Position numbers and translations under genes: made by a program. Below are positions 1 to 12,136 of a stretch of DNA of 64,000 nt, one piece after another. Origin of the DNA: Macrostomum lignano. Its lineage: Eukaryota. The first letter of the stretch is position 1; each line of letters starts with the position of its first letter. The DNA is taken from assembly GCA_002269645.1 (NCBI GenBank), contig NIVC01001667.1, positions 62,001-126,000 of the forward strand, in the 5' to 3' direction. The notes under the pieces are model-generated. The model worked only from the letters and a program-made list of their open reading frames with translations, was not told the DNA's origin and did no database searches.

Positions 1-107
1 CGGCTGTCTTCGGCTACTCTGCTTCTCCCATTCTCACTGATCAGTCAGTCAGTTTTCAACTATTTACAAATAACTCAAATCCAGTAACTCAAGGCTGGCT
101 GACTCGC

Positions 108-194
108 CTGAATTGGGATGACGCGATTGGTGCTGATGCGGGCCCTGCGGCACTGGCAGATCCGGTGGCCGGGCCAACCGATCTGCACTGTGGC
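108..194 (-). CDS. rdgA: DGK exon 13 (ATVQIGWPGHRICQCRRARISTNRVIPIQ); gene continues off the left edge
   Basis: 87 nt; TTCCAG acceptor; ends exactly before the expected VDGEPC exon at a GC donor (CAG|GCGAGT). Confidence 0.9.
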
Positions 195-229
195 CTGGAA
201 TGAGACGTTTCTGTGGCTAATATGGTCTG

Positions 230-610
230 CACTATCTATCGATCGTCTATCGATCATCTATCGATCACTATTGATCATCTATCGATCGTCTATTGATTAT
301 CTATCGATCTTCTATCGATCGTCTATTGATCGTCTATTGATCGTCTATTGATCGTCTATTTATCATCTGTTGTCGTTTATACATCTTCTATCGATCGTCT
401 ATTGATCGTCTATTGATCTTCTATTGATCTTCTACCGATCATCTATCGATCATCTGTCGTTCTTTTATCGTTCTTCTATCGATCATCTATCGATCGTCTA
501 TCGATCGTCGATTGATCGTCTATCGATCGTCCATTTATCATCTGTCGATAATTTATTGATCGTTTATCGATCTTCTATCGATCACCTATCGATTATCTAT
601 CGATTATCTA
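230..610. repeat. Degenerate ATCGAT/CTAT palindromic low-complexity array
   Basis: Repeated TCTATCGATCG variants filling a DGK intron. Confidence 0.9.
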
Positions 611-634
611 TGCTGCCACCATGCCGCCACCAAC

Positions 635-819
635 CAGATGACTCGAACAGAATCCAATCACTTCGACTAATCCGTCGTCCCAACGCTGGGGCTCGAACCC
701 CTGACCGCCGGCGGGATTGCCCAAGGCGCGGCGCCTGCGCCGTACTTGGTGATGTTCAGGAACAGCAGCGAGGTCAGTTTGAGCTCCTTGATTCGCTCAG
801 TGTAGTCAACTCCATCGCA
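635..819 (-). CDS. rdgA: DGK exon 12 (CDGVDYTERIK...LFLNITKYGAGAAPW / GNPAGGQGFEPQRWDDGLVEVIGF) with an apparent -1 frameshift
   Basis: Conserved accessory-domain motifs lie in two frames; 185 nt between two phase-0 junctions; the G run at about 720-722 is one base short. Confidence 0.88.
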
Positions 820-911
820 CTGTGAATTTGGTTATAAGCATATTTCATTTAACCAATAACATTTATCAGAAGCTTTTCAGATGTTCACAAAGGCACGCAA
901 GTTTTTTATAC

Positions 912-974
912 CTCCAGTTGAATTGCTTGCGAAAGCTCCCGCCACGGCCGAGTGAGCACAGATCTTGAGCCTTC
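912..974 (-). CDS. rdgA: DGK exon 11 (EGSRSVLTRPWRELSQAIQLE)
   Basis: 63 nt, phase 0, GTATAA donor; resembles the rdgA segment before CDG. An alternative in-frame acceptor lies at 992. Confidence 0.8.
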
Positions 975-1149
975 CTGATGGGTTGTTGGCATCTATTTTT
1001 TATATGAGTGCCTGGAGACTTAGGAGAGTACATTCATCTGGTAATTAGAGAATGAATGCCTTTAGACCTTGGAATGAAGATGAAGTCAGGAGATCTAGGA
1101 ATGCCAGAAGACGTGTAGATACCTAGACATCTGTAGATACCTGGAGATC

Positions 1150-2283
1150 TATCTGAGGATTTTAGAGGGTGTCTGGAGATTTGGGACGGAGACTGGAGTT
1201 TCAGAAGAGTGACAGGAGATTAGGGAGATTGACTGAAGATTCGCGAGAGTGCCAGGAGATTGGGAAAGTGACTGGAGATTAGGGAGATTGACTGGAGATT
1301 CGCGAGAGTGCCAGGAGATTAGGAGAGTGACTGGAGATTCAGAAGAGTGACAGGAGATTAGGGAGAGTGACTGGAGATTCGGGAGAGTGACTGGAGATTC
1401 AGGAGAGTGCCAGGAGATTTGGGAGAGTGACTGGAGATTCGGGAGAGTGACTGGAGATTCGAGAGAGTGACTGGAGATTCGGGAGAGTGACTGGAGATTC
1501 GGGAGAGTGACTGGAGATTCGGGAGAGTGACTGGACAATCGGGAGAGTGCCAGGAGATTTGGGAGAGTGACTGGAGTTTCAGAAGAGTGACAGGAGATTA
1601 GGGAGATTGACTGGAGATTCGCGAGAGTGCCAGGAGATTTGGGAGAGTGACTGGAGTTTCAGAAGAGTGACAGGAGATTAGGGAGATTGACTGGAGATTC
1701 GCGAGAGTGCCAGGAGATTTGGGAGAGTGACTGGAGTTTCAGAAGAGTGACTGGAGATTCGGGAGAGTGACTGGAGATTCGGGAGAGTGACTGGAGATTC
1801 AGGAGAGTGCCAGGAGATTTGGGAGAGTGACTGGAGATTCGGGAGAGTGACTGGAGATTCGGGAGAGTGACTGGAGATTCGGGAGAGTGACTGGAGATTC
1901 GGGAGAGTGACTGGAGATTCGGGAGAGTGACTGGACAATCGGGAGAGTGCCAGGAGATTTGGGAGATTGACTGGAGATTCGGGAGAGTGACTGGAGATTC
2001 GGGAGAGTGACTGGAGATTTGGGAGAGTGACTGGAGATTCGGGAGAGTGACTGGACAATCGAGAGAGTGAATGGAGATTCGGGAGAGTGACTGGAGATTC
2101 GGGAGAGTGACTGGAGATTCGGGAGAGTGACTGGAGATTCGGGAGAGTGACTGGAGATACGGGAGAGTGACTGGAGATTCGGGAGAGTGACTGGAGATTC
2201 GGAAGAGTGACTGGAGATTCGGGAGAGTGACTGGAGATTCGGGAGAGTGACTGGAGATTCGGGAGAGTGACTGGAGATTCGGG
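1150..2283. repeat. 20-bp minisatellite GGGAGAGTGACTGGAGATTC
   Basis: Direct reading; abuts the exon 10 donor. Confidence 0.95.
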
Positions 2284-2290
2284 CGCTCAC

Positions 2291-2346
2291 CCCGGCATAG
2301 AACATCATGTTTCTCAATCGACTGTTGAATCGCTCCGGATTGGCTT
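2291..2346 (-). CDS. rdgA: DGK exon 10 (EANPERFNSRLRNMMFYAG)
   Basis: Close to human EANPEKFNSRFRNKMFYAG; TCAG acceptor, GTGAGC donor. Confidence 0.95.
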
Positions 2347-2591
2347 CTGAAAAAAATTTTTGGAAATTGAATTTCTCAGTTTGAGCTTTTAGAGTTTGTG
2401 ACGCGCAAATGTTTCTACTTTTAAGTAGTAAAAAGAGGAACATATTTTTGTTAAAAATAATGTTTAAAATGTAGCTTCTTTACTTGCAAATTTCTTCAGT
2501 AGAAACCTTCCGCAATTGCTGCTCAGTTGCTATGCTACACAAATTAATTACCATAAACAAATCCGTTGCCATGGTATCATCATTAAATCAC

Positions 2592-2821
2592 CTCGCGATT
2601 CGTGAAACTCCAGAGCTACCGCCGCATCGGCACCCAGACTGAAATAATTGTTGAAGACGTCGGGAAATGGCTGATCTGTCAGGCGAAGGTCGGCGACAGC
2701 TTGAGGGATGTCTGTCAATGGCTGTTCGCTGATCGCTTCTGGTTGGTCTTCGTGCTGTTGCTGCTGCTGCAAAGCCGTCTCATCCAGCTGCAGTGAGTTC
2801 GGTTTGAATGTGACGCTCCAT
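2592..2821 (-). CDS. rdgA: DGK exon 9 (WSVTFKP...DVFNNYFSLGADAAVALEFHESR)
   Basis: Accessory-domain motif VFNNYFSLG; phases match both neighbouring exons. Confidence 0.95.
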
Positions 2822-2883
2822 CTGGATTTAGGGGAGAAACAAACTATGACTATTAGTAAAACAATATTTATATATTAGAATTA

Positions 2884-3601
2884 ACCTCTGAAACCAGGAA
2901 CCAGTTAAAACAGGAATCAGTGAAACCAGGAACCTGTGAAACCAGGAACCAGTGAAACCAAGGACCAGTGAAACCAGGAACCAGTGAAACCAGGAACCTG
3001 TGAAACCAGGAACCTGTGAAACCAAGGACCAGTGAAACCAGGAACCAGTGAAACCAAGAACCAGTGAAACCAGGAACCAGTGAAACCAGGAACCTGTGAA
3101 ACCAGGAAACAGTGAAACCAAGGACCAGTGAAACCAGGAACCAGTGAAACTAGGAACCTGTGAAACCAAGGACTAGTGAAACCAGGAACCAGTGAAACCA
3201 GGAACCTGTGAAACCAGGAACGCGTAAAACCAGGGACCTTTGAAAAAGGGACCACTGCAACCAGGGACCACTGCAACCAGGGACCACTGCAACCAGGGAC
3301 CACTGCAACCAGGGACCACTGCAACCAGGGACCACTGCAACCATCCACTGCAACCAGGGACCACTGCAACCAGGGACCACTGCAACCAGGGACCACTGCA
3401 ACCAGGGACCACTGCAACCAGGGACCACTGCAACCAGGGACCACTGCAACCAGGGACCACTGCAACCAGGGACCACTGCAACCAGGGACCACTGCAACCA
3501 GGGACCACTGCAACCAGGGACCACTACAACCAGGGACCACTGCAACCAGGGACCACTGCAACCAGGGACCACTGCAACCAGGGACCACTGCAACCAGGGA
3601 C
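2884..3601. repeat. Compound 16-bp minisatellite (GGAACCAGTGAAACCA, then CCACTGCAACCAGGGA)
   Basis: Two related units, switching at about 3240. Confidence 0.95.
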
Positions 3602-3614
3602 CTCCCACGCCCAC

Positions 3615-4234
3615 CTGTCCAATCGAGTCAGCCAGCCGTCCTCGACGCAGCAGAGCATCTTAGTGAGCGGCTCGTCCGCAGCGAAGCCGCCGCCCCAGTT
3701 CAGGCTGCGGGCCAGATCATTCCCGGTGCCCAGCGGCAGCACAGCAACAGGAGGCCACGGCCGCACCCCCAGACTGTCTATGGCTGAGAGCACCCATCCC
3801 GCCGTGCCGTCGCCGCCGCAGACGAGCACCCGCAGATTCGGCACCCTGGCGAACAGTCGGAGGGGGAACTCTGGACCGCAGGCGGCCAGGTCGAACACCT
3901 GGCGCGGGTTGAGCAGCCACAGGAGCTTTCGGCCGATGCGAGCGCCCAGATTGCCGCCAGATTTGGCGTTGGTGAGCACCAGGAGCGGCCGCTGCTGCTG
4001 CTGGCCGGCGGTGTCCGAGGCGATGCCAGCTGGCGGCTCGACACTGAACTCGCTGCCCCCGCGGCGAACCAGCCAGGACGGTGGCAGCGTCAGGGTAGCC
4101 AGCGGACCCAAACTGCACGACTCCGTCAGCAGGCGCTTCTGGAAGCAGTTGATCTTGTTGTGATAGGCAGCCTTGCACCAGCTGCACTCGATGGCCAGCA
4201 CCTCCTTGGAGTTGCCCAGCTTCTGCTGGAATGA
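3615..4234 (-). CDS. rdgA: DGK exon 8: C1b end and catalytic DAGKc domain
   Basis: SFQQK...[32 protein letters not shown] (ATP-binding GGDG), [18 protein letters not shown]; CCAG acceptor, GTGGGC donor, 620 nt. Confidence 0.97.
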
Positions 4235-4257
4235 CTGGAGGGTTAAGGGGCTGTCCG

Positions 4258-4353
4258 CCTGTCTGTCTGTCTGTTTGTCTGCCGGTCTGTCTGTCTGTCA
4301 TTTTGTCTGTCTGTCTGTCCGCCTGTCTGTCTGTCAGTTTGTCTGTCTGTCTG

Positions 4354-4412
<59 letters not shown>
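4258..4412. repeat. (CTGT)n microsatellite
   Basis: Direct reading. Confidence 0.95.
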
Positions 4413-4413
<1 letters not shown>

Positions 4414-4786
4414 CGTTTTTTGTCAATGAATGGACTTTAGAAAGTACTGCGAGCTTATATGAGTCATTCAGGTCTGTAAATTCTCTATAGAAAACTTTTA
4501 CTTAGTTGGTTGCAAACGCTACGCCTCTATTACACTTTACTATGTATTGCAAGAGCCAGGCTGCACGAGATTGATTGCGAATTTCGTTGGCCCCTATTTA
4601 ATCTAGAAAAAATGAGCTGGGGGAGAAGTGGGAGGGGGGAGGGAGAAAGGGGGAGAGGAGGAAACACTTCAGTGTTCGGTCGGTTGACTTTTCATCAATA
4701 ACCACACCACCTTCCTTGCTCGAGTAATTATTGTTGCCATGCAGGCTGGCTGGGTAGTAACAAAAACATTGACGGTTTTATGCTGC

Positions 4787-5278
4787 GCCTGTGATGGCGG
4801 GTGACAGAGAGAGGGTGTGAAGGAGGGTGCAGTGATGGCGGGTGACAGAGAGAGGGTGTGAAGGAGGGTGCAGTGATGGCGGGTGACAGAGAGAGGGTGT
4901 GAAGGAGGGTGCAGTGATGGCGGGTGACAGAGAGAGGGTGTGAAGGAGGGTGCAGTGATGGCGGGTGACAGAGAGAGGGTGTGAAGGAGGGTGCAGTGAT
5001 GGCGGGTGACAGAGAGAGGGTGTGAAGGAGGGTGCAGTGATGGCGGGTGACAGACAGGGGGTGTAAAGGAGGGTGCAGTGATGGCGGGTGACAGAGAGAG
5101 GGTGTGAAGGAGGGTGCAGTGATGGCGGGTGACAGAGAGAGGGTGTGAAGGAGGGTGCAGTGATGGCGGGTGACAGAGAGAGGGTGTGAAGGAGGGTGCA
5201 GTGATGGCGGGTGACAGAGAGAGGGTGTGAAGGAGGGTGCAGTGATGGCGGGGCGACAGAGAGAGAGGGTGTGAAGGA
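4787..5278. repeat. 41-bp minisatellite, about 12 copies
   Basis: GTGATGGCGGGTGACAGAGAGAGGGTGTGAAGGAGGGTGCA. Confidence 0.95.
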
Positions 5279-5664
5279 CTTAAAAAACCTAATTCCTTCT
5301 TTTAGTAACGCAAATATGTCATTGGTAAAGTAGTATATTGGAAAGTAAAGTAGAGCTCTGGACTATAAGAAAAAATTCCAGGTAGCTAAAAGGTTTTTTA
5401 ACCGAATGGGAAAATCAAAAAATGGGAAGACAGAGAGGGAGAGTGCGAGTGCGAGCAAGGGAATTAAGGCTTCAAATTTCAATGACCCGAACGAGAGGGA
5501 GCGTTTCGGATTCTATAAATAGACCGATGCCTCTCTCGAACCGATTCTTTTGCCAACCAACCAGCCTATTTTTGGGAACATGCTCCACATTAGACCGGTC
5601 GGAAGGGGAAGAGTTTTCGGGATGACCGAATTCAGGAGAGCCCTACTGCCTTGTGGTCATTGGA

Positions 5665-6490
5665 TGGGAAGGGTTGATTCGGTCATAGATGGGAAGGGTT
5701 GATTCGGTCATAGAGGGGCGAAGGGTTGATTCGGTCATAGAGGGGAAGGGTTGATTCGGTCATAGAAGTGAAGGATTGATTCGGTCATAGAGGGGAAGGG
5801 TTGATTCGGTCATAGAGGGGCGAAGGGTTGATTCGGTCATAGAGGGGAAGGGTTGATTCGGTCATAGAGGTGAAGGATTGATTCGGTCATAGAGGGGAAG
5901 AGTTGATTCGGTCATAGAGGGGAAGGGTTGATTCGGTCATAGAGGTGAAGGATTGATTCGGTCATAGAGGGCCGAAGGATTGATTCGGTCATAGAGGGCC
6001 GAAGGGTTGATTCGGTCATAGAGGGAAAGGGTTGATTCGGTCATAGAGGTGAAGGATTGATTCGGTCATAGAGGGCCGAAGGATTGATTCGGTCATAGAG
6101 GGGAAGGGTTGATTCGGTCATAGAGGTGAAGGATTGATTCGGTCATAGAGGGCCGAAGGGTTGATTCGGTCATAGAGGGCCGAAGGGTTGATTCGGTCAT
6201 AGAGGGGAAGGGTTGATTCGGTCATAGAGGTGAAGGATTGATTCGGTCATAGAGGGCCGAAGGGTTAATTCGGTCATAGAGGGCCGAAGGGTTGATTCGG
6301 TCATAGAGGTGAAGGATTGATTCGGTCATAGAGGGCCGAAGGATTCGTTCGGTCATAGAGGGGCTATTCATCACTTGGTCATAGAGGGGCTATTCATCAC
6401 TTGGTCATAGAGGGGCTATTCATCACTTGGTCATAGAGGGGCTATTCATCACTTGGTCATAGAGGGGCTATTCATCACTTGGTCATAGAG
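5665..6490. repeat. 25/26-bp compound minisatellite (core TTCGGTCATAGAGG)
   Basis: Unit switches at about 6350; an inverted copy of the core lies at 5622-5631. Confidence 0.93.
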
Positions 6491-6599
6491 AGTAAATTAT
6501 CGCTTAATAAAACCCTCTCGAAATGCAACTCTGACAAATTTTTTATTACTAAATAAAATAAATTCAGGCTAACCTTACTTTTCCAAATGTTTTGCTTAC

Positions 6600-6683
6600 C
6601 TTGCCGCAGCACTTGCACTTTCCAGACATCCTACGCCTGTGCACCCAGTGATGTCGAGTCACGGGCTGCTGCTGCTGCTGCTG
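6600..6683 (-). CDS. rdgA: DGK exon 7, C1b start (Qn-PVTRHHWVHRRRMSGKCKCCGK)
   Basis: RHHWVHRRR..GKC..CGK motif; GTAAGC donor; tandem TAG-CAG-CAG acceptors. Confidence 0.92.
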
Positions 6684-6924
6684 CTACAATGATAAATGGG
6701 GACACTTTAAAGCTAAAAAAGATAAAAAGTTTTGTTTTCGAAGAAGTAAAGACTTGCCAGAATTGTAGCAAATTTTTTGCGCTGCGCAGCGACCTTGTCT
6801 TTTGGACGCAAATTTTTCGTTTTTAAACAAAATCATTTTGGTCTTGAAGTTTTGGTAAATAAAATGTTACATGTACTTGTGCATGTATTTGATTGTATTA
6901 TTTTCTTAATAAGTCATTCACGAT

Positions 6925-7335
6925 ACACTAACAACCCCACTTCGACAACAACCCGGCCCACTCCACTAACAACCCCACTTCACCAACGACCCTACTCCGC
7001 CAACAACCCCACTCCGCCAACAACCCCACTCCGACAACAACCCCACTCCGCCAACAACCCCACACCGCCAACAACCCCACACCGCCAACAACCCCACTCC
7101 GCCAACAACCCCACTCCGCCAACAACCCCATCCCGCCAATAACCCCACTTTGCCAATAACCCCACTTTGCCAACAACCCCACTCCGACAACAACCCCCCT
7201 CCGCCAACAACCCCACTCCGCCAACAACCCCACTCCGCCAACAACCCCACTCCGCCAACAACCCCATCCCGCCAATAACCCCACTTTGCCAACAACCCCA
7301 CTCCGACAACAACCCCCTCCGACAACAACCCCCTC
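6925..7335. repeat. 17-bp minisatellite CCGCCAACAACCCCACT
   Basis: Direct reading. Confidence 0.93.
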
Positions 7336-7388
7336 GGCCAGCTATCTCATTCAACAAATATTTAAACTCGGTTTCTTATTTGTCTTAC

Positions 7389-7451
7389 CTCGCAGCCAGC
7401 CGAGTCAGGATCCCGCACTTCTCGAAAGGTTGGCCTGCAGTGGAATTCCAA
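7389..7451 (-). CDS. rdgA: DGK exon 6 (LEFHCRPTFREVRDPDSAGCE)
   Basis: TTTCAG acceptor, GTAAGA donor, 63 nt; corresponds to human INFRCKPSFRE. Confidence 0.9.
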
Positions 7452-7839
7452 CTGAAATTTGTGAAAAAGTACATACATATATTCGCATCTTTCCTATCAT
7501 ACTCGCGTGTTAGAAAATATTTCCATTCTCAAGTTTAAACTGAATAGCAAAATATAGAAAAGTACAAATCATTGGCCTAGTTGGATCAGAAGTGTTCTCG
7601 AGAGCATAAAAATTCCCAGATTGACTCAAGCCTACAGCACACCGTCAGGAATACTTTCATCCCAAATACCCAATTCCCTATATATCTGACTATTGATGCC
7701 ACACTTCGGTACACCTCGCCTGGGCAAAAGCAAAAAAGCTTAATCTAAAATTTGCGTCGCTTTCCTCTCTGCCTGCCACCTTTTTCTCTCAGCCCCAGTC
7801 TCCATTGATGGGGAAGCCTTCTTAATCTCTCTTGAATGC

Positions 7840-8215
7840 CTGTCTCTCCCCTCCCCTCCATCTGCATCCATGCTCTCCCTCCCTAGCCTCTCATAGCCGC
7901 GTTTGCCTTGTCTCTCCTGTACCTCCCTTTCTCCTCCTCTCTTCCTCTCTTTCCCTCTGTGCCATCTCCCTCTCTCCCTCTCCCGCTCTACCTCTTTCTT
8001 TCTTACTCCTTCTCTCTGCCTCTCTCTTCTCCCTCTCCCCCTCTTCTTCTTCGTCTTCCACTCCCTCTCCCTCTCCCTCTCCATCTCCCTCTCCCTCTCC
8101 CTCTCCCTCTCCCTCTCCCTCTCGCTCTCCCTTTCACCCTCTTCCCCTTCTCCCCCTCTCCTCCCTCTCTCCCTCTCGCCCTCTCTCCCACTTCTTGCCC
8201 TTTCCTTTCCTTCTC
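7840..8215. repeat. CT-rich low-complexity tract
   Basis: Polypyrimidine, (CTCTCC)n. Confidence 0.9.
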
Positions 8216-8839
8216 ACCCTACATCATTCCCAAGAGACTTTTCGACCCTCAGCATCGCAAGAATTCATAAAAATGCGCAGCTTACATTTTCTAGAATATT
8301 TCGATGCCAAGTTTTCTCGAGCTGTTGCAGATAATATTTCATAATAAACAAACTGCATTAAATAGAATATTACTTCATCCTTATAAGCTATAGACCACAA
8401 TATAGAACAGTCTAAACTTGCATATGACTGGCGCACTAATTGATGTCCTGATTAATCATAGAGTAGGCAGGCAGTCACTGGTACTCAAAGTACCAGCATT
8501 CTCTCAAACTATACCGCTGTGTTGCCATGCAGAATGCCATTAATAATAAATCAGCTCTGGGAAGGAGATCTTTGAGGAAGAAAGGGGAGTTGGGAAAAAA
8601 CAGTGCTCCCTAAGGCACCGGACCCTAAATGAATTACAGCTAATGCTATCTGGCCTCTGCAACTGCTAGCCTAGGAGGATGCCTAAGCCTAGAAAAGATG
8701 AAGGAAGATGAGGACAAGAGGCTGCTGCTGTTCCTGTTGTTGCTTACTGTGCTTGTCTCAGTCAAGATTATAAGCTTGCCTAGAATTAGAGTGACATCAC
8801 TCTATGAGAGTTGCGTTCCACTGCCTCCATATCTTCCAC

Positions 8840-9420
8840 CAATGTCACTCCGTTTACCAATTTCACTCTACCAATGTCACTCCCTTCTACGAGTACAAAT
8901 GTCAGTCTCTCTACCAATGTGACTCTCTGCAAATTTCACTCTCTCTACAAATGTCACTCTCTCTACCAATGTCACTCGCTCTCTACCAATGTCACTCTCT
9001 CTACAAATTTCACTTCTTCTACAAATGTCACTCTCTCTCTCTCTACCAATGTCAGTCTCTACAAATGTCTCTCTCTACAAATTTCACTCGTTCTACAAAT
9101 GTCACTCTCTCTCTCTACCAATGTCAGTCTCTACAAATGTCTCTCTCTCTACAAATTTCACTAGTTCTACAAATGTCACTCTCTCTACAAATGTCACTCT
9201 TTCTACCAATGTCACTCTCTCTACAAATTTCACTCCTACAAATGTCACTCCCTCTCTATCAATGTCACTCTCTACAAATGTCACTTTCTTTACAAATGTT
9301 TATCTTAACAAACGTCACTCTACAAATATCACTCCTTTACAAATTTCACTCCTACAAAGATCACTCTCTATTGATGTAATCCTCTACAAATGTCACTCCC
9401 TGTACCAATGTCACTCCATC
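8840..9420. repeat. Degenerate ~18-bp array CTACAAATGTCACTCTCT
   Basis: Direct reading. Confidence 0.9.
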
Positions 9421-9505
9421 TGCCTAAAAAACCTGAAAACTTAAATAGAAGCAGAAAAGTCTTATTTGTTAAAAAAAACTCATTATAAAAGCGCAAGCAA
9501 CTCAC

Positions 9506-9580
9506 CCTGTTGAAGGCATCCGCGCAGCCAGAGTGCACAACAATCTTGCAGACGGCGCATTTCTTCTTGCAGCCAATTTT
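9506..9580 (-). CDS. rdgA: DGK exon 5, C1a (KIGCKKKCAVCKIVVHSGCADAFNR)
   Basis: TTTAG acceptor, GTGAGT donor, 75 nt; KC..CKIVVH..C is the DGKZ/I signature. Confidence 0.92.
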
Positions 9581-10017
9581 CTAAAGTTTTGGAAGCAATA
9601 AAATATTGCGGTTTAGACAACGCAGCTACAGAATTTGAATAGCTAAACCAGAAGGATGCTAAAATCGCACATTAACCAGATTGAAAGTATTCAGTGCTGT
9701 TAGCATTGGTTTAACAATACACAACTCACCAACATTTAAAAGACAACATGCGTTCACTATTCTCTCTTACAGTGAACCACAGATTCAATGCACTCCTGAA
9801 TGGGCCACTACAGCCGTCTTGGATGCAGCGCGAAAACCCCGGGATTAAGACCATAGACTATAGATTCTGCTGCCCAGAAGCATAACCCCGGAGTTTTCAG
9901 GGCCTCGGAGATGGCCGCTAAATACTTGAAGTTCATGATGGCAAATGATGGAGTGCTTTATCTAGGTAATATAGAATCTGTACTTCTGAATGAGTTGGTT
10001 TTTCTTGTAGTTTAGTC

Positions 10018-10620
10018 CGTCTCTGAGCATAGCTGATGCCTGTCTCTGAGCATAGCTGATGTCTGTCTCTGAGCATAGCTGATGTCTGTCTCTGAGCATA
10101 GCTGATGCCTGTCTCTGAGCATAGCTGATGTGTGTCTCTGAGCATAGCTGATGCTTGTCTCTGAGCATAGCTGATGCCTGTCTCTGAGCATAGCTGATGC
10201 CTGTCTCTGAGCATAGCTGATGCCTGTCTCTGAGCATAGCTGATGTCTCTGAGCATAGCTGATGTCTCTAAGCATAGCTGATGTCTCTGAGCATAGCTGA
10301 TGCCTGTCTCTGAGCATAGCTGATGCCTGTCTCTGAGCATAGCTGATGCCTGTCTCTGAGCATAGCTGATGCCTGTCTCTGAGCATAGCTGATGTCTCTG
10401 AGCATAGCTGATGCCTGTCTCTGAGCATAGCTGATGTCTCTGAGCATAGCTGATGTCTCTGAGCATAGCTGATGCCTGTCTCTGAGCATAGCTGATGTCT
10501 CTGAGCATAGCTGATGTCTCTGAGCATAGCTGATGCCTGTCTCTGAGCATAGCTGATGTCTCTGAGCATAGCTGATGTCTCTGAGCATAGCTGATGCCTG
10601 TCTCTGAGCATAGCTGATGC
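10018..10620. repeat. 19/23-bp variant minisatellite TCTCTGAGCATAGCTGATG(CCTG)
   Basis: Two unit lengths interspersed. Confidence 0.95.
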
Positions 10621-10737
10621 CGATATATCTGTTTATCAGTTAATCTGTTTCTCAAAAGACTCTGTTCATCTGTTAGTTATCCGGTAGATCTGTTTACTGA
10701 AATGTTGACAAATAAAAAGTCGTTGAGCACAGCTCAC

Positions 10738-10821
10738 CAGACACTCGGTCTCGCCAGCGTAGCAGAGCTCGCTGCTGGAGCCGCTGTCAAACCAGACGTG
10801 CTGGCCGATGATGGCCTCGGA
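10738..10821 (-). CDS. rdgA: DGK exon 4, start of C1a (SEAIIGQHVWFDSGSSSELCYAGETECL)
   Basis: TTGCAG acceptor, GTGAGC donor, 84 nt, phase 0; matches the DGKZ HxW...CY.GE..C pattern. Confidence 0.9.
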
Positions 10822-10934
10822 CTGCAAGGCCATTAAAAAATGAATCCAGGGTAGTCTTCAGAAATTTATTACTGAAAGGAATCATATTGATCTATTTAAT
10901 TGCAGGGAATTATTTAAATGTTAAAATGATCCAA

Positions 10935-12030
10935 TAGAGATTCAAAAAGATTCCATAGAGATCTAAAAAGATCCCATAGAGATTCTAGAGATCCCATAGA
11001 GATTCTAGAGATCCCATAGAGATTCTAGAGATCCCATAGAGATCTAAAAAGATCCCATAAAGATTCTAGAGATCCCATAGAATTTCAAAAAGATCCCATA
11101 GAGATTCTAGAGATCCCAGAGATCTAAAAAGATCCCATAAAGATTCTAGAGATCCCATAGAATTTCAAAAAGATCCCATAGAGATTCTAGAGATCCCATA
11201 GAGATCCTAGAGATCCCATAGAGTTTCAAAAAGATCCCATAGAGATTCTAGAGATCCCATAGAGATTCTAGAGATCCCATAGAGATTCTAGAGATCCCAT
11301 AGAGATCTAAAAAGATCCCATAAAGATTCTAGAGATCCCATAGAATTTCAAAAAGATCCCATAGAGATTCTAGAGATCCCAGAGATCTAAAAAGATCCCA
11401 TAAAGATTCTAGAGATCCCATAGAATTTCAAAAAGATCCCATAGAGATTCTAGAGATCCCATAGAGATCCTAGAGATCCCATAGAGTTTCAAAAAGATCC
11501 CATAGAGATTCTAGAGATCCCATAGAGATCTAAAAAGATCCCATAGAGTTTCAAAAAGATCCCATAGAGATTCTAGAGATCCCATAGAGATCTAAAAAGA
11601 TCCCATAAAGATTCTAGAGATCCCATAGAATTTCAAAAAGATCCCATAGAGATTCTAAGGATCCCATAGAGATTCTAGAGATCCCATAGAGATTCCAGAG
11701 ATCCCATAGAGATTCTCGAGATCCCATAGAGATCTAAAAAGATCCCATAGAGATTCTAGAGATCCCATAGAGATTCTAGAGATCCCATAGAGATCTAAAA
11801 AGATCCCATAAAGATTCTAAAGATCCCAAAGAGATCTAAAAAGATCCCATAAAGATTCTAGAGATCCTATAAAGATTCAAAAAGATCCCATAGAAATTCT
11901 CGAGATCCCATAGAGGTTCTCGAGATCCCATAGAGATTCTCGAGATCCCAAAGAGATTCTCGAGATCCCATAGAGATTCTCGAGATCCCATATAGACTCT
12001 AGAATCCTATAGGATCCTATAGAGATTTTG
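10935..12030. repeat. 20-bp minisatellite AGAGATCCCATAGAGATTCT
   Basis: Direct reading, with internal block duplication. Confidence 0.95.
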
Positions 12031-12136
12031 AATACCACTTGGAAATTCCAGAGATCTCTAGAGGGAGAGTGTGTCTCTATGATGACAGTCAGACATGTGA
12101 GACACATTGATAGCCATACTTGCAGATAAGTCTTAC

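Noticed and set aside
9771-9965. Exon-like segment with AG/GT ends inside a DGK intron
   Set aside because: All frames contain stops on both strands, and the flanking exons already join in phase.
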